Source of the DNA: an uncultured virus (IMG/VR IMGVR_UViG_3300042868_007713)
Taxonomy: Duplodnaviria; Heunggongvirae; Uroviricota; Caudoviricetes
DNA length: 55,723 nucleotides
Direction: 5' to 3' (one strand)
IMG/VR virus record: IMGVR_UViG_3300042868_007713
Part shown: positions 37,751-47,210 of the stretch, in pieces
How the letters are laid out: each line of letters opens with the position of its first letter
Position numbering within the stretch: the stretch's first letter is position 1
The notes under the pieces: generated by a model
Told to the model about the DNA's origin: nothing
Seen by the model: the letters and a program-made list of their open reading frames with translations, nothing else
Databases searched by the model: none
Translations under genes and position numbers: made by a program

Positions 37751-38437
37751 ATGTCAATACTAAATCCTATAAATCAAAAATCTTTCTATGTAAGTAGTCC
37801 AGATGTTAATAAACTTATTGCACAAATTAATGCTGCTTTACAAAACGGTTGGGGTAATACTACTAACGGTTTGTATTCAGTTATATCAGGTGGTGTAAAT
37901 AACATTACAACTGCTCCTTATTCATTTATAGGAAGTGCTACTGGTGCAGCTGCTACATTAACAGGGCAAGTAGTTAACTCATCTTATACACAAACACCTT
38001 TTATTAGTCAAGCATCTAGATTTACATTAACTAAAGAAATTACAGGAAATACTGCTACAATATTAACTGTAACTAATAGTGAATTACCTGTTATGACATT
38101 ACAACAAGGTGTTTCTACTAAAGTTTGGAATGCTTTTATACAAGTTGTTGCTGTATGTAAAGAATCAGGAACTAGCGGAACTACAGTTAATGATGTATAT
38201 TCTGCAAATTTTATAGCTACTATTAAAAATAATGGAGCACATGCAGTTATGGTAGGTAGTCAAGAACAAATTGGTGTAGAACAAACAGATGCTTCAATGA
38301 GTAATTGTACAGTTACAATTAGAGCAGATGATCCTAATTTAGCAATGGAAATAGAATTTGGTCCTCCTTCAAGTGCTGATGCTACTACTGTTATAAATGT
38401 TATGGCTTCTGTAACATTAGCTGAAATAGGATGGTAA
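37751..38437 (+). CDS. Putative tail fibre / structural protein
   Basis: T/S/G-rich, beta-strand character; SVISGGVNN...YSFIG repeat unit. Confidence 0.45.
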   Translation: MSILNPINQKSFYVSSPDVNKLIAQINAALQNGWGNTTNGLYSVISGGVNNITTAPYSFIGSATGAAATLTGQVVNSSYTQTPFISQASRFTLTKEITGNTATILTVTNSELPVMTLQQGVSTKVWNAFIQVVAVCKESGTSGTTVNDVYSANFIATIKNNGAHAVMVGSQEQIGVEQTDASMSNCTVTIRADDPNLAMEIEFGPPSSADATTVINVMASVTLAEIGW

Positions 38438-38468
38438 ATAAGGCTATTAATTAAAATAGCCTTATTTA
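38435..38468. terminator. Bidirectional terminator at the end of the lysis island
   Basis: taaataaggctatt-aattaa-aatagccttattta, a 14-bp perfect stem between convergent genes. Confidence 0.78.
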
Positions 38469-38478
38469 ACATTACTAT

Positions 38479-40218
38479 TTAGCCTATAGTATATCCTCTT
38501 TCATTTACTTTTTTAACATCATCACCATTAAATACTATCAATTGATTATTTGCACGGTATTGATCTAAAGCATGTCTTGCTACCCTATTAAATGATGCCC
38601 CTGCAACTCCTAGTATAAATGCTTTTTCAGAATAATATTTTATACTATCATCTGCATCTGTTATAACAATTGAAGGTTTATCTTTATTAATAATATCACT
38701 AATAACTAAATCTAAAGATGTTCCACCAGAAGTATCTATAGTTAATACACTACTTAAATCTACATCATTTAGTTTTTTAATTTTTGTATTAAATGTATAA
38801 ATTTCATTTATAACATCCATTTTTTTAAGTTTTAGTAATAAAGCTTTAGAAAATGTTAATTTATCCATTGGTGTATCTTTAATACCTGCACTAGATGACA
38901 TAGAACCAGATACATCTAGATAAACATTAACCTTTCCAACTTTTTGTGGTTCTCTAATTTGTATATCTTCTAACATTAAATTTTTAAATTTAGGGTGAAA
39001 ATATTCAAATCCAAGAATTTCACTTATTTCTGGATTGTTTAAGAATTCATCATATACATCTGTAGTTTTACTTTCAAAATATGAAAAACTTTTATCTACT
39101 ATTTTTTTAATGTATGGTTTTAAAGAATCTGAATTTAATTCAATTGTTTTTAAAGTGGTACTTACTTTTCTTAAATTTTCAGCATTAAATTTTTTAAAAT
39201 CTTTTGTATCCCAATGTTTTTTAATTTCATCTTCAGACATTACTTTTTCAATATAATCAATGTTTTCTTTAGCTTGTTCAACTACATCATCAAAAAGTTT
39301 TTTATTTTCTTTACTTGAACCTAAAATTTTATTTAACATTTCTTCAGGTGATAATTGTTTTTGAGTACCACTGTTTTTTCCTGCCCCACTAGTATTATTT
39401 TGTTTAGGAGAATTATCTTCATCTACATCATGTTGGTTTAATTCTTGACTATCATTAGGAACAATACTAACATTTTGATTTGTTGTATTATCTTGTTGAT
39501 TATCAACGGGTTGTGAAATTATATCTGTTTTATCAACATTATCATTACCACTATCAGTACTATCATCAGCATCATTTTTTTGATTACTACTAGAAGGTTG
39601 AGCTTGACTTTTGTCATCAGAATCAGCATTATTATTTTTAAGACTATCCATTAAATTTTCATAATCTTCTGGATTATCTATTTTTAATTGAACCAATAAA
39701 CTTAAATAATACTGTAATATGTTCTGTGTAAATATTAAACTTCTAATATTAGAATTATTTGTAATAATTTTTAAAACAGAATCATTTGCTTTATCAATAA
39801 ATTTAAATCTATTCTTATTACCTAAAGTTCTGTCTTTATACTTTAATTTATAAGAATTAGTATTAAACTGATTAAAAACATCAAAAATAATTTCTTTAGG
39901 AAAATCAAAATATATTTCCCTCATTTCACCCCATAATTTAGTTTTAGAAATATCAAGTCCTGTTGTAGCTATACTTTTTTTATTTACTACATTATGAATT
40001 TTATCAAATACTTTATTATCTTCCATTTGATAGTTTACAAAATGAAACAAACTATTTCTTAAAATTTCTGTATCAATACTATGTAAATAAGGTTCAATAA
40101 TTTCATTTCTTTTAAAATATGTAATATTTGAAAACTTATTTGTTTTTACTACATTATCTATTTTGCCAGTTTTTACTTTTTCAAGTATAGTTGACATACT
40201 TTTATATGCTTTTGCCAT
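38479..40218 (-). CDS. von Willebrand factor A domain protein (ViaA-like partner of the MoxR ATPase)
   Basis: MIDAS motif YLDVSGSM, GGT, ITDA; low-complexity D/N/Q/S linker in the middle. Confidence 0.82.
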   Translation of the reverse strand: MAKAYKSMSTILEKVKTGKIDNVVKTNKFSNITYFKRNEIIEPYLHSIDTEILRNSLFHFVNYQMEDNKVFDKIHNVVNKKSIATTGLDISKTKLWGEMREIYFDFPKEIIFDVFNQFNTNSYKLKYKDRTLGNKNRFKFIDKANDSVLKIITNNSNIRSLIFTQNILQYYLSLLVQLKIDNPEDYENLMDSLKNNNADSDDKSQAQPSSSNQKNDADDSTDSGNDNVDKTDIISQPVDNQQDNTTNQNVSIVPNDSQELNQHDVDEDNSPKQNNTSGAGKNSGTQKQLSPEEMLNKILGSSKENKKLFDDVVEQAKENIDYIEKVMSEDEIKKHWDTKDFKKFNAENLRKVSTTLKTIELNSDSLKPYIKKIVDKSFSYFESKTTDVYDEFLNNPEISEILGFEYFHPKFKNLMLEDIQIREPQKVGKVNVYLDVSGSMSSSAGIKDTPMDKLTFSKALLLKLKKMDVINEIYTFNTKIKKLNDVDLSSVLTIDTSGGTSLDLVISDIINKDKPSIVITDADDSIKYYSEKAFILGVAGASFNRVARHALDQYRANNQLIVFNGDDVKKVNERGYTIG

Positions 40219-40219
40219 A

Positions 40220-40591
40220 TTATATTTGTTTTGTTTTTACAATCTCAATTAATTTTTTAAGACATTCAAGTTCTGCATCTTCGTATGATTTATTTTTCTG
40301 AAGAACAAATGTTGTTGTATAATTGTTGATTGGTATATGTATGACCACATCGTTGGTTCTACCGATTGAATAACTACATTCATACTTTTCTCTAAAAAAT
40401 CTAAATGCTTGTTGGTAAAGTGGTGCTTGTAAACAATTATTAGTGTTAAAAGACAAATTTCTATAAATCTTCCATTTTAATTCTAAATCATCAACATCTA
40501 AATAATGTGCTGCACATTCTTCATTAAATCCTAATTCTTTTAATTCCAATGCTTGTTCATATGCAATAAACTCATTTTTTATATTATTCAT
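40220..40591 (-). CDS. Hypothetical protein
   Basis: EFIAYEQALELKELGFNEEC...APLYQQAFRFFREKY...YEDAELECLKKLIEI. Confidence 0.7.
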   Translation of the reverse strand: MNNIKNEFIAYEQALELKELGFNEECAAHYLDVDDLELKWKIYRNLSFNTNNCLQAPLYQQAFRFFREKYECSYSIGRTNDVVIHIPINNYTTTFVLQKNKSYEDAELECLKKLIEIVKTKQI

Positions 40592-40611
40592 ATTATATTA
40601 TGTTTTTAAAA

Positions 40612-40647
40612 ATAATAAGAAAGGAAAATTAATTCCCTTCTTATTAT
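40612..40647 (-). terminator. Probable intrinsic terminator
   Basis: ataataagaaaggaa / ttcccttcttattat imperfect stem. Confidence 0.55.
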
Positions 40648-40664
40648 AATTATGTTTAAAATGT

Positions 40665-41804
40665 TTAGAATGGTAATGCTTCAGTTAAAGAAGATTCTGA
40701 TAGAATTTCTACTGTATTTTCTAATACTTCTTCAGCATTATGTAAAGGATGTTGCTCTAATACATAAGATAAAGTTGTTTCAATTTCATTTACATCTTCT
40801 TGATTAATTGTACCATTAGCAGCATAAGATGAAGTTAAGTTTTCTATTTCTACTAAAGCTTGTTGCAATGCATCTTGAGAATTATAACTTTGTAATGTTT
40901 CAATCTTATTTAAGATGTGTTTGATTTCAGTTGAATACAATTTATTTTGTAAATCAGAAGCAGAAGTATTATTGATCATAATAGAAGCCACTTTAACCAA
41001 TGCTTTATCTACACTGATATTCCAGATTAAACTAACTGCTTTAGTTAATAAAGGAACATATGTTAAAGTTCTATCAGATAAATTACTATAACCAACTTCT
41101 AAGAATTTTTCTAATTTAGAAATTGGAACAATTACATTAGCCAATTCATCTTTATTTGGAATTCCTAATTCTATGATTTCTTGATAATTTTTATTATCAG
41201 CACCATAATATTTAGTCATTTGACCAGCAGAAATTCTAGAAACATTCATTTTTAAAATAAATCTATCCCAAAATGGACTTGATACCTCATCTTTTGGTAT
41301 TTCATTACAAGTTGCAACAAATAATTTCCATTTACAAGGTAATTTATGTTTACCGTTAAATAAGAATTTCTCATTCATTACACCTAATAAGGAATTACGT
41401 ATGTTAGAACTAGCTTTATCCACCTCATTAATTACTGCAATATCAGCTGTAGTTATAGGTGCAATAGTTTCATATTTATTTTCAGTAAACAATTTTTCTA
41501 AATCAGGTAAACCTTTTACTTCACTGCTTTTAGTACCCTCATCTGTTTCTAGAATATATAATTTATTCATAAAATCAGTATTAGTAACTTTAGTATTATC
41601 TTTTTGTAACCATGCTTTAGAATATTCAATAACAGTTTTAGTTTTAGCTGTACCCGGTTTTCCTACAAGTAAGATTGGTAAAGAAGTAGCTTCTGCTAAT
41701 GCTAACATTTTAAATACATCTTCTTTATCTATAAGAGAACTATTAATAGTTCTTGTTTCTAACAATTTACTTTTGTTGTTCTTTTTAATTTTTACTGGTG
41801 TCAT
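40665..41804 (-). CDS. MoxR/RavA-like AAA+ ATPase
   Basis: LLVGKPGTAKT, VINEVDKA...NSLLGVMNE, ATCNEIP, FWDRF, SDR. Confidence 0.85.
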   Translation of the reverse strand: MTPVKIKKNNKSKLLETRTINSSLIDKEDVFKMLALAEATSLPILLVGKPGTAKTKTVIEYSKAWLQKDNTKVTNTDFMNKLYILETDEGTKSSEVKGLPDLEKLFTENKYETIAPITTADIAVINEVDKASSNIRNSLLGVMNEKFLFNGKHKLPCKWKLFVATCNEIPKDEVSSPFWDRFILKMNVSRISAGQMTKYYGADNKNYQEIIELGIPNKDELANVIVPISKLEKFLEVGYSNLSDRTLTYVPLLTKAVSLIWNISVDKALVKVASIMINNTSASDLQNKLYSTEIKHILNKIETLQSYNSQDALQQALVEIENLTSSYAANGTINQEDVNEIETTLSYVLEQHPLHNAEEVLENTVEILSESSLTEALPF

Positions 41805-41848
41805 TTTTTTAATTTTTTAAGTTTTTACTTTTAGGCTAAATTTATTTA

Positions 41849-42205
41849 TTAGATGTTTAAGAATAATGCTGATTCATTACCCTCTTCTTTTTTAATAGTT
41901 ACATTTTCTACAGCAAGAGCTTCTTCTGGAAAGTTTGCAAATAAGTTTATTGATTCAGTTGATTTTTTAGCATTTTTTACATTTACATCATCAATAATAT
42001 TAAATATTACAATATTAGGTTCTACATCTTTTAATTGAGGATGCTTTTTAATATGCTCAATTTGATAATCTGTTGCATTATATTTTTCTTGGATATTACC
42101 ATATCCTACATCTTCTTTTTTAAACCATGTATATCCATTGTTTAAATCTTCTAATAAAATTGATAATTTTAAGTCTACTTTTTTTGCGTTCATAATTTTA
42201 ACCAT
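41849..42205 (-). CDS. Hypothetical protein
   Basis: ORF overlapping the UDG 3' end. Confidence 0.6.
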   Translation of the reverse strand: MVKIMNAKKVDLKLSILLEDLNNGYTWFKKEDVGYGNIQEKYNATDYQIEHIKKHPQLKDVEPNIVIFNIIDDVNVKNAKKSTESINLFANFPEEALAVENVTIKKEEGNESALFLNI

Positions 42206-42921
42206 TTAATTGTTTTAATATTTAAATCTTTTAGTTTGTTATTGCATTTATTAAAGCAATCATTGCAATCCCAATATTCAATATTTTTACCAATTACTGA
42301 ATCTGGATGGGATGCTTTAATTACATAATGTTTGTCTTCATTTATTAAATCTTCATACGTATGTGCATTAGGACCTAATAAAATAAAAACTATATTTTCT
42401 TTTTTGGTGTTTATTGAATCTATAAAATAACTTATAAATTCCTTCCATATATCATAATGGCTTGTTTTTTTATCAATTTCACAAGTTAAAGATGTATTTA
42501 ATAATAATACACCTTGTTCAGTTAAATAACTTAAACTTGGATTTATTGCTTCAGGTTGCTCTAATTCTGGGTGTACTGTTTTATATATACTTTTAACAAA
42601 ATTTTTTAAATCTAATTTTATTTTTTGAGTATTATTACAGCAAAATGCCAATCCATTAGCTACACCCAGATGTTCATATGGGTTTTCTGCTAAAATGATA
42701 ACTTTTAAATTATCATAAGTACATTCTTCAAATGTTTTAAATACATCTTTAATAGGAGGGGTAAATCTTTTATTTTCTTGTTTTAATGAATATAATTGAA
42801 ATAAAATCTTATCAAAATCACTGCTATTTATAAAAAACTTTAAGTTATTCCATCCTGATTTTAATAAAGAATCAAATAATTTTAATTTTATTTCATTTAT
42901 ATTTGGTATTTTATAATCCAT
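42190..42921 (-). CDS. ung: Uracil-DNA glycosylase family 1 homolog with altered catalytic motifs
   Basis: FTPPIKDVF, LKVIILAENPY, ANGLAF, QGVLLLNTSLT, SH...W..F, VFILLG..A, ASHP, CFNKCN. Confidence 0.8.
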   Translation of the reverse strand: MDYKIPNINEIKLKLFDSLLKSGWNNLKFFINSSDFDKILFQLYSLKQENKRFTPPIKDVFKTFEECTYDNLKVIILAENPYEHLGVANGLAFCCNNTQKIKLDLKNFVKSIYKTVHPELEQPEAINPSLSYLTEQGVLLLNTSLTCEIDKKTSHYDIWKEFISYFIDSINTKKENIVFILLGPNAHTYEDLINEDKHYVIKASHPDSVIGKNIEYWDCNDCFNKCNNKLKDLNIKTIKWLKL

Positions 42922-42933
42922 TGTTTATTTTTG
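42902..42933 (+). promoter_or_regulatory. Bacteroidota-type primary sigma promoter (-33 TTTG / -7 TAnnTTTG)
   Basis: TTTG at 42902-42905, 20-nt spacer, TATTTTTG at 42926-42933, 16 nt before the ATG at 42950. Confidence 0.55.
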
Positions 42934-42949
42934 TTTAAAATATATTAAA

Positions 42950-43318
42950 ATGTCAAATTCATTTAGTTCAAAATTACAAGACGAAACATTAGCACCATTT
43001 TTAAAGAAGGATGCTATTGTTACCATTAAAATTGGTACTGGTTATTTACAACAAATTGCTAGTATTATCACCCTTTTAGTTGAAGGTAAAACTCAAGAAG
43101 ATTTAAAAAACATTGAGGAAAAAATTAAAAACAAAGAAGAATTAGAACCTTGGATGGCTGCTATTGCAACTTTACAGGTATTAATCCGTACTGTTTTTGA
43201 AGAAGCTGACAAAGAAGGTTTAGTTGAATACAAAAATTTAGAAGAAAGTCTAAAAGAAGATTTAGACATTCCTTCTTCTACAATTGATAGTTCACCTTCA
43301 GAGCAATCTCCTGAATAG
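42950..43318 (+). CDS. Hypothetical acidic protein, lone plus-strand gene
   Basis: 122 aa with phage-like codon usage; fills the gap between minus-strand genes; has its own promoter motif. Confidence 0.7.
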   Translation: MSNSFSSKLQDETLAPFLKKDAIVTIKIGTGYLQQIASIITLLVEGKTQEDLKNIEEKIKNKEELEPWMAAIATLQVLIRTVFEEADKEGLVEYKNLEESLKEDLDIPSSTIDSSPSEQSPE

Positions 43319-43655
43319 TTTGTATAACTAAACTTAAATCATCTTTGGAGCATTCTCCAAATGATTTACATATTAAAGTATTGGAGCTGGTATAACACAT
43401 ACCAGCTTCTTTTTTTACATATAATTTCATTTCTTCAAAAGTATATCCAGTATGATTGGATAATTCTTTAATCATTGCATGAACTTTTGCTAATTGTGCC
43501 AATGTTCCATTACTTTCTTGAATGTCAATAAAAAATTCTAATGTTGTACCTTCTGGTAAGCTATTAATATAATTATCATACAGCTTTTTATTAGAAGGTA
43601 TAAAATGTTCTAACTTACCATTTTTCTTTATTAGTTTATTAAAATATCCACTCAT
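43278..43655 (-). CDS. Hypothetical protein, NinB-like
   Basis: GTLAQLAKVHAMIKELSNHTGYT...KSFGECSKDDLS resembles NinB/YbcN. Confidence 0.45.
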   Translation of the reverse strand: MSGYFNKLIKKNGKLEHFIPSNKKLYDNYINSLPEGTTLEFFIDIQESNGTLAQLAKVHAMIKELSNHTGYTFEEMKLYVKKEAGMCYTSSNTLICKSFGECSKDDLSLVIQTIQEIALKVNYQL

Positions 43656-43665
43656 GTCTTATATT

Positions 43666-44052
43666 TTAAAATCCTACAATATAAGGCTTTATATTTTTTA
43701 ATTGTTCTAATATTTCTTTACCTTCTACATCATCTAAAAATGTAACAGCCCTTTCTATATCTTGTACAGAAGATAGAATATCAGCTGTCTCACCTTCATC
43801 TGTAGTACCTGTTACTAAACCATGTCCATAATAAGGTTGTGGGCTATTATTAAAAATAAAGCATCCTTTATAAGATTCTCCATCATTATTATATAAACCT
43901 TCATCATCTACATATAAAACATCTAGGTTTTTTAACATAGTTGGACATGTAAATAACTCACAGTCTAAATTAGAATAAATACTTTCTAATGTATCATCTA
44001 TATCTACTAAATAAACAGATCTATCTATTACATCAATTTTTATTGCTTTCAT
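43666..44052 (-). CDS. DUF3846-like protein
   Basis: LESIY..LDC...LYVDDEGL...GHGLVTG. Confidence 0.55.
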   Translation of the reverse strand: MKAIKIDVIDRSVYLVDIDDTLESIYSNLDCELFTCPTMLKNLDVLYVDDEGLYNNDGESYKGCFIFNNSPQPYYGHGLVTGTTDEGETADILSSVQDIERAVTFLDDVEGKEILEQLKNIKPYIVGF

Positions 44053-44330
44053 ATATTTTTTATTTTATTTTTTATTTTATAAACTATAAATTTAAAACAA
44101 GAATTAATTATTAAAAATTTATAATAACTACAATTATTTTTTTTATTAATTGTATAAATCTGTGTACTGTTTTCTAAAAAGAAATCATCCATTTTATAAA
44201 ATTTAACAAGTGTCCATTTATAATTAGTAAAAAATGTAAAATAATAGTTAAAGAAATGACCATCTGTTTCTATTGAATTTACATATATATTTTCTTTTTG
44301 TTTAAAAGGATAAATTTTAAATATATTCAT
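44049..44330 (-). CDS. Hypothetical protein
   Basis: Very AT-rich ORF filling a gap in the operon. Confidence 0.4.
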   Translation of the reverse strand: MNIFKIYPFKQKENIYVNSIETDGHFFNYYFTFFTNYKWTLVKFYKMDDFFLENSTQIYTINKKNNCSYYKFLIINSCFKFIVYKIKNKIKNI

Positions 44331-44341
44331 AATAATTTATT

Positions 44342-44785
44342 TTACCAACTTGAACTATAATAAATAGCATCATCACAATTTAACAATGGTTCTAATATAC
44401 CTATTGTGTGTTGTAAATCTTTTATATAATGTTCATCATATTCATATGAACCAAAAAAGAATCCTGCATGTGTAGGTAATAATTCTTCTGCTTTTTGTGG
44501 ATTATTAATTATTTCTATACATAAATCATATAATTCTTTAATTTGTTCATCTGAAACATAATATTCTTTACAATCATCATTACCTTCTTGAACATTATTT
44601 ACAAACCATTTATGTATTTGATTTGCTTTTCTCCAATATCCTACTTCATATACTAAATATTCTAAATCTTTTAAAGGATATTCTTTATCAAAAATTTCTA
44701 CTGTTTTATCTACTACTTGATATGTATTGTTTTTACGGTTATTATTAACCCATGTTTTTTTATATAAATACTGATCTAATCCCAT
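44342..44785 (-). CDS. Conserved-looking phage hypothetical protein
   Basis: MGLDQYL...YWRKANQIHKWF...LLPT..GFFFGS.EYDE.Y...YYSSSW. Confidence 0.7.
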   Translation of the reverse strand: MGLDQYLYKKTWVNNNRKNNTYQVVDKTVEIFDKEYPLKDLEYLVYEVGYWRKANQIHKWFVNNVQEGNDDCKEYYVSDEQIKELYDLCIEIINNPQKAEELLPTHAGFFFGSYEYDEHYIKDLQHTIGILEPLLNCDDAIYYSSSW

Positions 44786-44791
44786 TTTTTT

Positions 44792-45922
44792 TTAATTTAA
44801 ATAATTTATTTTACTTTGATCAAAATCTTCTAATGCACTGGCAACCCATTTTTCATCAACTGTATTTTTATAACATAATACATGTATTACAGCTGTATCT
44901 TTTGGGTTAAGTCTTAGCATCCTAGCTAATCTTTGAGAACTTTTTCTTTCATTACCATATGCATGCATAATTATACCTGATTTTAAATTTGGTATGTTTA
45001 CACCTTCACTAAGTTGTAATACACAACTAAGTTTAGTAATGTTTCCATCTTTAAAGTTTAAAAGGTTTTCTTCACTGTCTGGATTGTTACTATGATAAGA
45101 ATGCTTACATAATTTGTCAGCTTGTTTTTGTGTATTACAAAATAAGATACATTTATCTGTTTCTTTATTTAACAAATCATTAGCATAAGCTTCTTTAGAT
45201 GGAAATTCCATCATAGCTTTCATTCTCATAATAGATGCTATTTGTTTAGACTTTTGTGAAGTTGCTTCTTCTAATCTTTTTGTCCAATACATGTAATTGT
45301 TAACTTCAGCAGTATAAAATGTAGCATTTTTTGTTTTAACTTCTATATTTTTATCATTGCTTAAAGAAATCATGTGTACATTAATAATATAATTGTTTAA
45401 TATATTATCATCTACAGCATCATTTATAACATATTCATATTTAATAGGACAATACTTATTAAACAACTGTCCTCTTATAGAATCTTTATGTCTTGGAGGT
45501 GTACCTGTTAAACCTAAAATTTTAGAATTTACATTTTTTAAATAATCATCATGTGATTCTAGTAAAGAATGTGCTTCATCTAAAATAATAACATCATAAT
45601 CTGAAGTTTGCTTTTTTAGTGATAAATAAGTACAAAAAGTTGCATCCTTTAAAGTTTCATTTAAACTAAACTTTTCAGCTTCAGTTTTCCAGTTATCTAT
45701 AATGCTAAGTTTAGGTGCTACAATTAATACCTTCAAATCCTTATCTTTACTGAAATATTGTAATGATTGTATATATTTTAAACCAATATAAGTTTTACCT
45801 ACACCCATTCCTACAGCAGCACATGCTCTTGGAAATTTAAGTATTGTACTAATGCATTCTTTTTGAATATCATCTCTTGTTTTCTTCATATTATTCTTCT
45901 TTAATATCATATATAACGGCAC
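44792..45922 (-). CDS. SF2 (DEAH) helicase
   Basis: GMGVGKT, ILDEAH, GLTGT, LSEGVNIP, QRLARMLR. True start is probably MKKTRDD. Confidence 0.88.
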   Translation of the reverse strand: MPLYMILKKNNMKKTRDDIQKECISTILKFPRACAAVGMGVGKTYIGLKYIQSLQYFSKDKDLKVLIVAPKLSIIDNWKTEAEKFSLNETLKDATFCTYLSLKKQTSDYDVIILDEAHSLLESHDDYLKNVNSKILGLTGTPPRHKDSIRGQLFNKYCPIKYEYVINDAVDDNILNNYIINVHMISLSNDKNIEVKTKNATFYTAEVNNYMYWTKRLEEATSQKSKQIASIMRMKAMMEFPSKEAYANDLLNKETDKCILFCNTQKQADKLCKHSYHSNNPDSEENLLNFKDGNITKLSCVLQLSEGVNIPNLKSGIIMHAYGNERKSSQRLARMLRLNPKDTAVIHVLCYKNTVDEKWVASALEDFDQSKINYLN

Positions 45923-46298
45923 GTTGTTCTTTACCTACCATCCAATGAACTGAAAAAGTTCTTTTTTTAGTTATTGTATTTTTATTTAAAATAATTAATA
46001 CACTTTTTTTATTCTTATCAAACCCTTTAATTATAAAATATAAATTATCTCCTTCAGTACGTTCTTCAACTTCATTATCTATAACATATCTTGAATTATT
46101 TGCATCATCTATGTATACAGTTAATTCATTTAAAATAATTGACAACTCAACTTTAGTTTCAGGATCATTAATCCATTTTTTTAATTTAGGATTGTATGTA
46201 GATGTTATAACAGAATTTGTATGATATACTGCTAATTGTTGTGCTTTTACAAACGTTGTTGTTAATACTATGATTAACATTAATAATAATTTTTTCAT
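45891..46298 (-). CDS. Exported protein with signal peptide
   Basis: MKKLLLMLIIVLTTTFVKA-Q, a Bacteroidota Q-rule-type cleavage site. Confidence 0.65.
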   Translation of the reverse strand: MKKLLLMLIIVLTTTFVKAQQLAVYHTNSVITSTYNPKLKKWINDPETKVELSIILNELTVYIDDANNSRYVIDNEVEERTEGDNLYFIIKGFDKNKKSVLIILNKNTITKKRTFSVHWMVGKEQRAVIYDIKEE

Positions 46299-46316
46299 TT
46301 TTTATTTTTTTTTTTA

Positions 46317-46559
46317 TTACCAAACTTGATCAATACAGATATTATCTCCTACAGGATTATCCATCCAAGTACTTTGGCTCATATAGAATTTTTGACGGTT
46401 ATTTGAACAATCATTTTGTATAGTTAATGTAAAACGTGGATTAAAGTTTGCATCAATTTCTACATCATCATCAGTTACAACACCACACTTACAATCTGTT
46501 TTTTTAGTACAACTTCCTAATGCTATTATAGTCAGCAGGACTAATATTATTTTTTTCAT
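46317..46559 (-). CDS. Small lipoprotein
   Basis: MKKIILVLLTIIALGS-C lipobox; additional paired Cys residues. Confidence 0.7.
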   Translation of the reverse strand: MKKIILVLLTIIALGSCTKKTDCKCGVVTDDDVEIDANFNPRFTLTIQNDCSNNRQKFYMSQSTWMDNPVGDNICIDQVW

Positions 46560-46561
46560 AT

Positions 46562-47203
46562 TTAATCAATTATTTCATTTATATCATAGTAAAAAGAATT
46601 TGTATTATTACTAACCCATCTATCACTTTCTGCTTCAACACATTGAAGTTCAGTGTCTACTTTAAATTCTTTTGGGTCAACAGGAAAATCATTGGTTATA
46701 AAGTTTGAATCTTTCCAATATATTCTATTGTTAGGTTGACACATTAAATAACCATCATCAGCTAATAATATGTGACCACATTTATAATCAGAAGGTTCAT
46801 CTGAATAAGGATTGCTAAACCAATCTACTGTAAATAAATAAGTAGCCCAAACAGATGTTTTATCTTTTAAAATAACTTTGCATCTTTTTTCTGCTAAATA
46901 TAAATATTCAATTACACTAACATTTTCTGAAAAACAGTCCCATAGTTGTTTAAAATCAGCCGGTATATTTTGAGTAGGTTCATTATAAAATAATTCTGAT
47001 ATAGGAACTCTACTTCTTAACATACCATAATCTGTCATAATATGAAATGTTAATATTTTACCTGCTACACTTTGTATTGCAAAAGCATAACAATTATCAA
47101 ATATAAGATTATCTTCTTCTTTTTTAGTTAACCAACTTCTTCTTACTTTTAATTTAAGATTTGGTATGTTTGTGTTCAACACATTTGATTCACTTGTTGT
47201 CAT
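46562..47203 (-). CDS. Hypothetical protein
   Basis: QLWDCFS...YLFTVDW...QPNNRIYW. Confidence 0.7.
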   Translation of the reverse strand: MTTSESNVLNTNIPNLKLKVRRSWLTKKEEDNLIFDNCYAFAIQSVAGKILTFHIMTDYGMLRSRVPISELFYNEPTQNIPADFKQLWDCFSENVSVIEYLYLAEKRCKVILKDKTSVWATYLFTVDWFSNPYSDEPSDYKCGHILLADDGYLMCQPNNRIYWKDSNFITNDFPVDPKEFKVDTELQCVEAESDRWVSNNTNSFYYDINEIID

Positions 47204-47210
47204 ATTTTTA

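Noticed and set aside
39330..39640. Low-complexity D/N/Q/S stretch as a tandem repeat
   Set aside because: No discrete repeat unit; it is a disordered linker typical of vWA partners of MoxR ATPases.
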